Source: a virus
Lineage: Duplodnaviria > Caudoviricetes
DNA: 25,533 bases
IMG/VR virus record: IMGVR_UViG_3300032011_000115
Location: 1-25,533 of that record
Direction: 5' to 3' (one strand)
Shown: piece after piece, positions 1 through 8,974 of the stretch
Layout of the letters: the number at the start of each line of letters is the position of its first letter
Numbering within the stretch: position 1 is the stretch's first letter
Program-made: the position numbers and the translations under genes
Notes under the pieces: model-generated
Databases searched by the model: none
Told to the model about the DNA's origin: nothing
Seen by the model: the letters and a program-made list of their open reading frames with translations, nothing else

Positions 1-607
1 TTCTATCTTTATCGGTAAAATATTTTCTTCTACCATACACAGCAAAGCTTTCAGGATTTTTACTAATTCCAAAATTTCCTACGTAGGCTTGAACTGTACC
101 TATAACAGTATTAGATGTAGTTACATTAGTAGATCCCTCGGCTGTATATATAATGTCTTTATCAATAGGTGCTCTACTAACTTTTTTCTCTTGAAATATT
201 ATTAAATTAGTATCTTCAGCATAAATTTTTTGTATACTACCGTTTGCTGGATCTACACTTTTAATTATATCTTCTCCTACAGAAAAAACATTAGTATCAT
301 TAATACCTGTTCTAGCGTTAAATATACCTGAATAAATCATAGAATTAATCCTTACAGATGATTTAGGATTATCTTCAACTAAATATGCTTTAACTCCTTG
401 ACCTACATAAGTATTATTATATCCTCCTCGAATTCTTGCTTCTTCTACTGCCCAATCTTGTTCGTTATCAGGATTAGTAGCTATAGCAGGATAGGTTAAA
501 TCACCTCTAGAACCATTCCATTCTGCAGGGGCAGGATTACTTCCATCATTTAAAGTCTTTCTTAATACGAAGGAATTAAAAAATTTTACTTCTACTGTTG
601 CAGCCAT
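1..607 (-). CDS. C-terminal half of crAss-like tail stabilization (muzzle) protein as a separate gene; runs off the window edge
   Basis: Not in the ORF track. ATG at 607, open for 202 codons to the edge: MAATVEVKFFNSFVLRK...AVEEARIRGGYNNT...MIYSGIFNARTGINDTNVFSVGEDIIKSVDPANGSIQKIYAEDTNLIIFQEKKVSRAPIDKDIIYTAEG...GNFGISKNPESFAVYGRRKYFTDKDR. I recognise these motifs from the C-terminal region of crAss-like tail stabilization proteins. Confidence 0.8.
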   Translation of the reverse strand, partial: MAATVEVKFFNSFVLRKTLNDGSNPAPAEWNGSRGDLTYPAIATNPDNEQDWAVEEARIRGGYNNTYVGQGVKAYLVEDNPKSSVRINSMIYSGIFNARTGINDTNVFSVGEDIIKSVDPANGSIQKIYAEDTNLIIFQEKKVSRAPIDKDIIYTAEGSTNVTTSNTVIGTVQAYVGNFGISKNPESFAVYGRRKYFTDKDR

Positions 608-644
608 AATTTATAATTGCACATTTATTTTTATTATTACCTTG

Positions 645-3600
645 TTAAGGACAAGCAGGAACTCCTTGTAAATACCAATTTTGTCCCCCATTTGCTGTTC
701 CATTTTGAAAAGCATCTAAAGCTGAAGTAGCTCCATCTATAGTTAGTGTTACATAGGTTCCACTATATCCACCTAAATTAACGGTCTGATATGTTGCTCT
801 AGATCCTGCACCAAAACTTACAGATCCAATTTTTTCATAACAATTAGAAGCATTAGGAGATCTTACTGTTATTTCACTAACCCCAACAACAGCTGCCGGA
901 GAACCTTCAGCACCTTTGCTATTTGTTACATTTTGAAATAATGTATATATATTACAAGTAGAGGACATGGTTAATGCATCTAAAGTTTGTAAAAATTCTA
1001 TTTTATTATTACCTGGAGCATATACCTGCATTACACCAAATCGATAAGCTGCGGCAGGAGAACTACATTGGTTATTATTACCTCCAGTAGCTGGATCTAA
1101 ATTAGCTACACATGGTTCAGCAGTACGAATAATTTTTTTACCCATTTGATCAAATTGAGCAGTCCATCTCATATTTTTCTGAGTCATCATCGTACCAATA
1201 ACATAATCAGGAGCAGGACAAGTAGGACAAGTCCACAAAGGAGCACCGTCTCTAGTACAACTATTTTCATTTCCCCATTTTGTATTTAATGATGTATCAG
1301 AAACAGCTGTATAACCAAACCATTTATTTGTAGCCCCTGGAGACCAACCACTAGTTAATTGAGGATCAGTATAAAATTGAGACACATATTTAAAACCCCA
1401 TTCTCTTGCATAAACAACTTGATCTATAGATGCACCAGCTGCGCTAGTTCTATCATCACATGCTGCAGTTACTCTATAAGCAAAAGACGCAGGAGCTGCT
1501 GAATCACTTCCAGAACCATTACTATAAAAAGATACTAATTGACTTGGATTATAAAAATCTCCAAAACTTAACCATACTCTTTGATTTTGTTGAGCTGTTG
1601 TATAATTATCATATGGAAATGGCGGAGTTTTAAATGGTGTTAATGTTGGTATTTTAGGATTAGTTACCGATGATGAAGTAGTAGGTGAAATATTAGTACC
1701 ATAAGGATAACGAGTAATTAATCTATATTCTCCAAATCTATCTGGAGCATCGGTAGGAGCAGTACCTCCTGGATCTCTATAAGCTTGATTTCTACCTACA
1801 ACAAATAATTTTCTACCTAAAGTGTTTAATAAAGGATCTACTTGAGTTTCTCTTGAATCCATCCATGATTCAAAACAATCAGCTGTAGCAGGGTCTGCAC
1901 CACTACCTTCATCAGTAATTGCATTACTTAATTTATCTTTAACACCAGTAGTATAAAATGCTGAACCACCAATAAATTGTGAACCTCCAATTGTTACTCC
2001 ACTTCCTACACTATCTTTATAATAAGCATCAGCTTGTGCACCTCCAAATTTTATATCATTACCCTCTACATCTTTAGCGGTCATCCATGTTGCATTACTA
2101 TTTTCTCTGTACTGTAAATAAGTTGGCCAAATAACACCTGGTCTATCATTAGGTGCTGAACCATAATTCCCTAATTCAAAATCTACTATTATATAAGCAC
2201 TACCGTTTGTAATTCCTTCAGGAACAGGAATAACATTGGTAACACAATCACTTCGTCCTGAACTTACTACTGTTCCTAAACCAGAATTTGTAGCATTCAT
2301 TTCAACTTGTGCATTTCTATTTGAATTATTCCATTGCCACCCATCAGCTGCAGCACTAGTTGCATAACTAGGTAAACTTGTACCTAATCCTAAACCACTT
2401 ACAACTTCTCTATTAATAGGAGGTAAAGGTGTGCTTTCTACAGGATCAGGAGTAGGAGCAGCCCAATAATATCCAGAGGATTCAGCCGCTTGATTAATAC
2501 ACATGTTTTTAGTACTTCCAAACGTGCTATTTAATGGAAGAGTTTCATAACCTGTATTTCCACTTACTTCTGGAGCACAAGTTCCTTCAGCAACACCACC
2601 TATAGTGGTTTCATTAGTACCAGCATCTGTAAGACCTATTTCTAAATTTACTGGTACATTTAATGTATCAGTAGGATCAGTAACTTCTCCATTATCATTT
2701 ATAACTAATTCAGGAACACCATTTCCTATAGGATCTTGAGATATTATCCTCCAAGTTAAATCATTTTGGTTTTGTTCATTCCAAGCGCTTCCATTTACCC
2801 CTTCAAAAGTATATAAAGGACTAGTACCAGGTTCTACTACAATACCTTCACTTGGGCAAGTTATTTCAGGTTTTACATTAAATAACTTTTCAGTTATAGC
2901 AATTTTAGTAACTATACCTTGCTGTGAACCACTATCATTGTTTTGTACGTCAAAATTAAATGTAAAAGAATCTTTTACTGGAGAATTTGTATTATAATAA
3001 AAATATGTTCCACTAGATATTTGAAGAATATAAGTATCAGGAGTATTAACCCCATTACCTGCAGTTCGAATTAATTCAAATTTTTCTGTTACATCTTGAT
3101 TTTCTCCATCTGTTACCCAAAAACCTGATGTTGTGTCAATGTTACTATTTATTACCATTAATTTTATACCTGAGGCATCTTGAACATAAGGAAAAAATGG
3201 TTTAGATGTGTATACTCCATTAGAATACGTTGCTGTAGGGGATTCACCTGGTGTTATATCTTCAGCTAAATTAAATGTCCACGTATTAGGAGCCGCAGCC
3301 ATATCTTGGTCTGTTGTAAAATTTTTAATAGCTGAACTACCTGTTTTTATAGCTTCATTTAATTCTGCTATAGTTCCACTAGATGAAGTTTCCCAATAAA
3401 TATCTAATCTTGATTCTACAGGTTGAGTTTCATAAACGCTTAACCATGATGTTTGAGCATCAGTTACAGCTGTTTTAGCTGCTGTCCCTATAGGGTTTGA
3501 AGTGATAGAGATACGAGCTAAAGAAGGATTTGATACAGTTTGATATATTGAACCATATTTTACATTACTAGTATTATCAAAAAGATAATTTTGATCTGCA

Positions 3601-6005
3601 ATAGTAGATACTGTATCAGAAATAGCTATTCTTGTTGCGGCGTCTACAGGATTAAATTGATAATTATAAGTAGGCGTAGCGTTAGCATGAGGAGCAATTC
3701 TTCCATATAATTGTACAGAACTTCTAAATTGTTTTTGTTCAGGTCCTACTTCAGTTAAATCTCTAGGTACTTTATTTATATTATCATTTAATAAAGTAGT
3801 AAAAGAAACTGTATTTACAGGATCAGGAGCATCAGTTGATTGTTGTGCAGCAGTAAGGTTAGGATAAAAATTCATAATACTAGGTAGATACACATTATAA
3901 TATTCCTGTTCAGTTTGTTTAACAACAATTTTATAAGAATACCATCCTAATGGGTTGTAATCATCAGATGTTGGATCTCCATTATATAAACCTGGCCATC
4001 CTGTACTTAAATTATGTGGCACATTTTCTTCAACTGGAGTGTTAAATAATACTTTTATAGAATCTCCTGGCCATTTTTGTATTAAATTCTCAGAAGGTGT
4101 AGTGCTAGAAATGTTATTATAAGGAAAATAAATAGTGTCTCCTAACAATGTTAGTTCTCCATCAAGAGCTTGCGTGTTTACTGATGACAAAATAGTAGTA
4201 GAACTTCTGCCATATCTATCAGATAAAACAACTCCTACTTGATAATTTCTATTTTGCTTAACAGTATGCATAGGATATTCCCTAGATACAGTTCTTTCGA
4301 TAGGGCGTGGAACTGTAGGATCATCAGCAACAAACACATCATATTTATCTCCTATACCTACATTATAATCTAACGTTTCAGGTGGAGTGTGTTTATTTTG
4401 AAAATTACTATAAACTAATCTATTACTAATAATTTCTTGACCATGGGCTCTAACTGGTGCTTTATCATATACACGAGTTATTTCGCTATCTGGTAAAGTT
4501 TTATAAGGTTTATCTCCTTGGTAGTTGTATTCTATAACAGTATCTGTTCCAAAATTTTCATATCCATTTGTTCCAACCCTTGGAATTGTATCTACAACTT
4601 GAATAGCTAGAGCATCTGATTCTTTATATAAAATTTCAATTTCATCTACTTGCATTGCGCTAAACAAAGCGTTAGCAGCAATACCATTATTATCTTTGTC
4701 TAAAGGTAAAGGTATTTGTAAAAATATATTATTTACTTTATTTTCCATAAAACCTACTACGGTACTTCTATACGTAGCTTGTTCATCTGTTGTCATACCT
4801 ACTGGAGTTGTAGCTCCTATAAAATAACCATCTTGTTTAGGTATAAAAGTTGCTTGAGTAAATGGAGCCATTAAAGAATAATTTCCATCTTCAAACTTAA
4901 ATCTATAACTAAATCTTACAAATTTATCTTCTAAGAAATCAGGATCTCCATTAAATTTTGGGTTATAATTTGGATTTGTTGTAAGACCTGGATATCCAGC
5001 ATTATATGTACCACCTGGATTCATAGGAGAACTAGCATCCTCCATACTTGTAACCCAATTGTCAGTACCTAAACCAGTTCCTGCGGTAGGCCCTGTTATA
5101 GGATTTAAGTTTTGATTGAAATAAATTTTTGATCCTGGAGGTAAATCTAGTAATAAATTTACTGGTGTTTCTGCTCCTGGTAACGCACTTCTATCTATTA
5201 ATTCTATTTGGTTACCATTAGAATAACAACAATAAGCGGTATTATTAGGTATAGCACCAGTAACATCTGATGTAATTAAAGCTCCTACTAAAGTTTTTCC
5301 TACATCAAGTTCGTTAGCTAAACCTAATCTATTATCTGCGCTTAATAAAATTTTATTTTGTCCTGCAGTTGCAGTTCCAGTAGTTATTGCCGAACCACCA
5401 TTTGGCCAATATTCTGCAGCGCGTTGTTGATATAGTTCAATAGCTTGAAAAGGCGCGTAAGTAGCTACTGATATTTGATCTTCATTTGAATAGTAATTTA
5501 GAGTTTTAGCTCTATCAATATTTATTCTACGAGGTTGATTCCTATTATCTGTCCAAAATAATATTCCTTCTAATAAATTTACAGATAATATAGGATGTGT
5601 GGTAGAAAAGTTTAAAAATGCACCAGTAAGTAATAAATCAGTTTCTTTATTTGAAGTATTGTGTACATAAATATAATTATTAGCACTAGAAGAATAATTT
5701 AAAAGTTGTGTATTATAACCAGGAGCTAATCTTTCATCATAATCAGTTAAAAATATATAAATATTATTATTAACTTCATCAGTATATAAACCAATAGTAG
5801 TAAGATTACAATTACAACCACTTAATGTTTTTAAATCAACAAGCTCTATGTTACCTAATACATTTTCTAAAGCGCCTACATCAGCTCCTTCGGATTTACT
5901 TACTTGTATATTAATTCCTTCACGATACTCACCATTTGGTAATAACCTAGCATCTAGGTCTTTATTCATTTTGGACTTAATAAAAGAATTTTTAGCTTCT
6001 GCCAT
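645..6005 (-). CDS. Tail stabilization (muzzle, P22 gp10-like) protein, N-terminal half, with a ~900-aa beta-rich extension
   Basis: 1786 aa. Family motifs SKMNKDLDARLLPNGEYR, LFWTDNRNQPRRINI, KFVRFSYRFKFEDG, QEIISNRLVYSNF, NRNYQVGVVLSDRYGR, YKIVVKQTEQEYYNVYLP, ETQPVESRLDIYWETS. Follows two ring-type genes, as in crAss-like tail modules. Confidence 0.8.
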   Translation of the reverse strand: MAEAKNSFIKSKMNKDLDARLLPNGEYREGINIQVSKSEGADVGALENVLGNIELVDLKTLSGCNCNLTTIGLYTDEVNNNIYIFLTDYDERLAPGYNTQLLNYSSSANNYIYVHNTSNKETDLLLTGAFLNFSTTHPILSVNLLEGILFWTDNRNQPRRINIDRAKTLNYYSNEDQISVATYAPFQAIELYQQRAAEYWPNGGSAITTGTATAGQNKILLSADNRLGLANELDVGKTLVGALITSDVTGAIPNNTAYCCYSNGNQIELIDRSALPGAETPVNLLLDLPPGSKIYFNQNLNPITGPTAGTGLGTDNWVTSMEDASSPMNPGGTYNAGYPGLTTNPNYNPKFNGDPDFLEDKFVRFSYRFKFEDGNYSLMAPFTQATFIPKQDGYFIGATTPVGMTTDEQATYRSTVVGFMENKVNNIFLQIPLPLDKDNNGIAANALFSAMQVDEIEILYKESDALAIQVVDTIPRVGTNGYENFGTDTVIEYNYQGDKPYKTLPDSEITRVYDKAPVRAHGQEIISNRLVYSNFQNKHTPPETLDYNVGIGDKYDVFVADDPTVPRPIERTVSREYPMHTVKQNRNYQVGVVLSDRYGRSSTTILSSVNTQALDGELTLLGDTIYFPYNNISSTTPSENLIQKWPGDSIKVLFNTPVEENVPHNLSTGWPGLYNGDPTSDDYNPLGWYSYKIVVKQTEQEYYNVYLPSIMNFYPNLTAAQQSTDAPDPVNTVSFTTLLNDNINKVPRDLTEVGPEQKQFRSSVQLYGRIAPHANATPTYNYQFNPVDAATRIAISDTVSTIADQNYLFDNTSNVKYGSIYQTVSNPSLARISITSNPIGTAAKTAVTDAQTSWLSVYETQPVESRLDIYWETSSSGTIAELNEAIKTGSSAIKNFTTDQDMAAAPNTWTFNLAEDITPGESPTATYSNGVYTSKPFFPYVQDASGIKLMVINSNIDTTSGFWVTDGENQDVTEKFELIRTAGNGVNTPDTYILQISSGTYFYYNTNSPVKDSFTFNFDVQNNDSGSQQGIVTKIAITEKLFNVKPEITCPSEGIVVEPGTSPLYTFEGVNGSAWNEQNQNDLTWRIISQDPIGNGVPELVINDNGEVTDPTDTLNVPVNLEIGLTDAGTNETTIGGVAEGTCAPEVSGNTGYETLPLNSTFGSTKNMCINQAAESSGYYWAAPTPDPVESTPLPPINREVVSGLGLGTSLPSYATSAAADGWQWNNSNRNAQVEMNATNSGLGTVVSSGRSDCVTNVIPVPEGITNGSAYIIVDFELGNYGSAPNDRPGVIWPTYLQYRENSNATWMTAKDVEGNDIKFGGAQADAYYKDSVGSGVTIGGSQFIGGSAFYTTGVKDKLSNAITDEGSGADPATADCFESWMDSRETQVDPLLNTLGRKLFVVGRNQAYRDPGGTAPTDAPDRFGEYRLITRYPYGTNISPTTSSSVTNPKIPTLTPFKTPPFPYDNYTTAQQNQRVWLSFGDFYNPSQLVSFYSNGSGSDSAAPASFAYRVTAACDDRTSAAGASIDQVVYAREWGFKYVSQFYTDPQLTSGWSPGATNKWFGYTAVSDTSLNTKWGNENSCTRDGAPLWTCPTCPAPDYVIGTMMTQKNMRWTAQFDQMGKKIIRTAEPCVANLDPATGGNNNQCSSPAAAYRFGVMQVYAPGNNKIEFLQTLDALTMSSTCNIYTLFQNVTNSKGAEGSPAAVVGVSEITVRSPNASNCYEKIGSVSFGAGSRATYQTVNLGGYSGTYVTLTIDGATSALDAFQNGTANGGQNWYLQGVPACP

Positions 6006-6010
6006 TTAGT

Positions 6011-7234
6011 TTAATTTTTAAGCCATTTAGATTTACCTCTCATAATCTGAACAAACTCATTTGATTTAATATTAGATAATCTTATTTTTGCATTTCTTAA
6101 TTTAGCACTTTTTTCTCTTTTTAATCTTTGAACTACATATTCAGGTTGATTTATTCTACTAGCTAAAATAGCGTGACTTAAATAAGCGTAGACAGCTTCT
6201 TCAGCTAATTTAGGAACTCTCATATCTTCTTCATATCCTAATCCATCTGATATATATTCTAATACTATAACTTTGTCTTTTAAATCACTAGAAAAAGATA
6301 ACATTCCATTACGATCATTAATTGTAAACCAACCATTTATCTGAGAAGTTTCTGGTTGCATACCATAACGTTGCCCATATCCATAAAACCAATTTCCATA
6401 TAAACCGTATAATCCATCAGATATCAATCTACCTGTTATATCATCTCTTATTTCTTTTAATAATTCCGTGTTTTGACTATCCCAACGCTCTTCAGTTATA
6501 GATGTTCCTGTTAAATTTCTTCCTTCATTATCTTGTGTAGGTATACCTGCGGCATCTTGAATAGGTTTAGTATAAGGATTAGTAGTTAAAGTAGTTGGAT
6601 ATATTACATGTGTAACACCTAACTCATCCACCCATGATACATTAACATAATTAACGTAATCCTGTGGTATAGGTACGCTTAAACTAGCTGGTATAGTTAG
6701 TTCTTGAGATTTTATACTTCTTAATGTATCATAACTAAATTCTTGTAATGCTCTTTTTGTGTGAAAAATAACATCTGTTTTTTTAACACTTGAAATTAAT
6801 TTACCCGCACCGACATAAGCCACTAAGAAGTTATTAACTAAATCTTCTACTTTTATATAAGAATAATTATTATAATTATGTTGAGTAACTTTTCCGTAAG
6901 CATCTTTATTTCCAAAATTACCTCCACTTTCAGTTAGTAATTGTATAACTACATAAGTACCAACTGCTTGTGCTGGTAAAGTAAATACATTATTTAATAC
7001 TGTATACGCTGAAGTATATTCAGCAAAAGTTCCTGGATTACCTGTTGCGCTAGTATATAACCTAAAATTATTTTGATTGTAATCTTCAGATGTAGGATCA
7101 GCACTTCCAAAAGTTATTTCTGTGTTAAAAGTAGCCGTAAAAATTGTTTGATCAGCAGTAGCTACAAACATTTGAGCACCTGCATAATATTGCGAATTAG
7201 TTTCTGTGATTAATCCTCCGTTAGGTTGTGCCAT
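6011..7234 (-). CDS. Tail ring/tubular structural protein
   Basis: 407 aa. Motifs LVNNFLVAYVGAGKLI, VIFHTKRALQEFSYD, IPQDYVNYV, IVLEYISDGL, VPKLAEEAVYAY. Lies between the other ring gene and the stabilization gene. Confidence 0.65.
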   Translation of the reverse strand: MAQPNGGLITETNSQYYAGAQMFVATADQTIFTATFNTEITFGSADPTSEDYNQNNFRLYTSATGNPGTFAEYTSAYTVLNNVFTLPAQAVGTYVVIQLLTESGGNFGNKDAYGKVTQHNYNNYSYIKVEDLVNNFLVAYVGAGKLISSVKKTDVIFHTKRALQEFSYDTLRSIKSQELTIPASLSVPIPQDYVNYVNVSWVDELGVTHVIYPTTLTTNPYTKPIQDAAGIPTQDNEGRNLTGTSITEERWDSQNTELLKEIRDDITGRLISDGLYGLYGNWFYGYGQRYGMQPETSQINGWFTINDRNGMLSFSSDLKDKVIVLEYISDGLGYEEDMRVPKLAEEAVYAYLSHAILASRINQPEYVVQRLKREKSAKLRNAKIRLSNIKSNEFVQIMRGKSKWLKN

Positions 7235-7240
7235 AATTTA

Positions 7241-8017
7241 TTAACTTTTTTCATTTTGTTCATTCATTGCTACTTCTTGTGTAGCAGCTTGTACAATTTC
7301 AGGATCTCTTATTATTACCCCAGCATATTTTAATACTTGTAATATAACATTAGTTTGTTCTGATTCATGTAGTTCAAAATCTCTAGAACCAGAGGGAGTA
7401 GTACTTGCATTATAAGCGTTAGAGTTATAAACGTATTGACCTAAAGCACCTACGTCAAATCCCCAAATAGGATCTACAGGTTTTCTAATATAATCTACTT
7501 GTATATCTCCGGCAGTATTAATAGTTGTCGGTTTTACAAAAAGTTTGTAATCTTCAAATAAATAAACTGGAAAAGTTTTAGAAGGTTTTGTTAATAAGGA
7601 ATTATTAACATGGTAGAATTCATGTCTATCAAGTCTTTGGAGTTCGACTTCATTATTGTATAATACAGTTCCTAATCTGTAAAAACTTACTTGATTACCA
7701 TAAGCATCTAAACCAGGTAAAGTCCAATAAGTTAAAGTATTATTAGTTCCTGATGGAGTGGTAGAAACATAATTAGCGTTTCCAAAAGTTTTAAATATAG
7801 CTAATTTTCCATCAAGATTTTTAACTCTATCCGCATAATCTGTGTCAGTTTGGGGTACTCTTATTTGTTGGTTAATATCTTCAAAATATTTTTCAAATAT
7901 TTCTAACTGCACTTGAGTTCCTAAATTATTAAACTCAGTGGGTGTTATATAACCTCTTTGTTCTTTATTCAAGATAAGTAAAACAGTTTGGTATACCGTA
8001 TTTACATTTATAGCCAT
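7241..8017 (-). CDS. Tail ring/head-tail adaptor protein (P22 gp4-like)
   Basis: 258 aa. N-terminus VYQTVLLILNKEQRGYITPTEFN, plus DYIRKPVDPIWG and DFELHESEQTNVILQVLKYAG, typical of crAss-like ring proteins. Confidence 0.65.
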   Translation of the reverse strand: MAINVNTVYQTVLLILNKEQRGYITPTEFNNLGTQVQLEIFEKYFEDINQQIRVPQTDTDYADRVKNLDGKLAIFKTFGNANYVSTTPSGTNNTLTYWTLPGLDAYGNQVSFYRLGTVLYNNEVELQRLDRHEFYHVNNSLLTKPSKTFPVYLFEDYKLFVKPTTINTAGDIQVDYIRKPVDPIWGFDVGALGQYVYNSNAYNASTTPSGSRDFELHESEQTNVILQVLKYAGVIIRDPEIVQAATQEVAMNEQNEKS

Positions 8018-8036
8018 CTGTATTTTTTATTATTAT

Positions 8037-8064
8037 AATAAAGGAGGCCAAAGCCTCCCTTATT
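8037..8064 (-). terminator. Stem-loop, probable intrinsic terminator or attenuator after the 275-aa gene
   Basis: Minus strand AATAAGGGAGGC-TTTG-GCCTCCTTTATT: 12-bp stem with one G-U pair and a U-rich 3' arm, in the intergenic gap. Confidence 0.7.
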
Positions 8065-8073
8065 AACATTATA

Positions 8074-8901
8074 TTAAGAAAGTTTTTTCTCTATTGACTT
8101 AAAAACCTCTAAGCCTTCATCTGTTTTAAAGAATTGAGCCATAGCTGAATATGGATGTTCATCAAATGGAACTGTCATTAATTTCATTTGGTTTGAAGCC
8201 CACATAAATGTTCTTTGATCAGAACTTAATTTTATTATTCCAGCTTCTGTAGCTTTTATTGCAAAATTTCTTAGTTGTACATTTTCATCATTTGCTAGAT
8301 CTATGAATAATTTTGGATTTTTCTTAGCAAATACTAATAAATCTCTTTTGATTTCCTTAGAACTCATATCTCCAACTTTAGAACCAACTTCTACTCTTAA
8401 AATAGCTTCAGCTTGATCAATATCAACCGTTCTAGCCATATTAAGTGCGTCTATTTCTAATTCTAAATCCATTAAGTCATCTTGAGCTTGCACGACTTCA
8501 TCTACTTCTCTATATCGTTGTCCTTTTAATGGATGATATAAAGATAATATTTTTTGTAATGCTTCTTTTTCTTTTTTTACTAATAAAGCACCGTCTCTAA
8601 AAACAATATGTCCTAAAGTAGATTCTCCTTTTTGTTCATCTTTAAACGGAGAATTTTGATTAGTCGCATATCTAATTTCTCGTTGCTCCCTAGTTTTATT
8701 ATCATACCACAATAAAGCATGTCTTGTGGTGTGCCTAGATGGAATTTTATATGTTAAAGGAGTTTTATTACCTGTTAAAACATAAGTTCTATCTTTTACC
8801 TCCCAAGTATCTTTAGGAGTTATTTTTTCTTTTTTAATAGGAGTTTTAACCATTACTGGTTCATCTAAAACTTCCTCTTCTTTTTTCATTTTTTTTGCCA
8901 T
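8074..8901 (-). CDS. Conserved protein downstream of the major capsid gene, function unknown
   Basis: 275 aa. Motifs KDRTYVL, REIRYATNQNSPF, GHIVFRDG, LSLYHP; charged helical C-terminus; position typical of a conserved post-capsid gene. Confidence 0.6.
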   Translation of the reverse strand: MAKKMKKEEEVLDEPVMVKTPIKKEKITPKDTWEVKDRTYVLTGNKTPLTYKIPSRHTTRHALLWYDNKTREQREIRYATNQNSPFKDEQKGESTLGHIVFRDGALLVKKEKEALQKILSLYHPLKGQRYREVDEVVQAQDDLMDLELEIDALNMARTVDIDQAEAILRVEVGSKVGDMSSKEIKRDLLVFAKKNPKLFIDLANDENVQLRNFAIKATEAGIIKLSSDQRTFMWASNQMKLMTVPFDEHPYSAMAQFFKTDEGLEVFKSIEKKLS

Positions 8902-8923
8902 GATATAATATAATTAAATAGTT

Positions 8924-8968
8924 AAAAGTAAAGGTAGGGGCACCTAATTTAAGATGCCCCATCTTTAC
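8924..8968 (-). terminator. Intrinsic terminator after the major capsid gene
   Basis: Minus strand GTAAAGAT-GGGGCATCT-TAAATT-AGGTGCCCC-TACCTTTAC followed by TTTT, a few bases after the capsid stop codon. Confidence 0.75.
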
Positions 8969-8974
8969 AAAGTA

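Noticed and set aside
608-647. Stop readthrough joining the two tail stabilization ORFs
   Set aside because: The ORFs are in different frames, the stop is TAA and the second has its own ATG with an A/T-rich leader.
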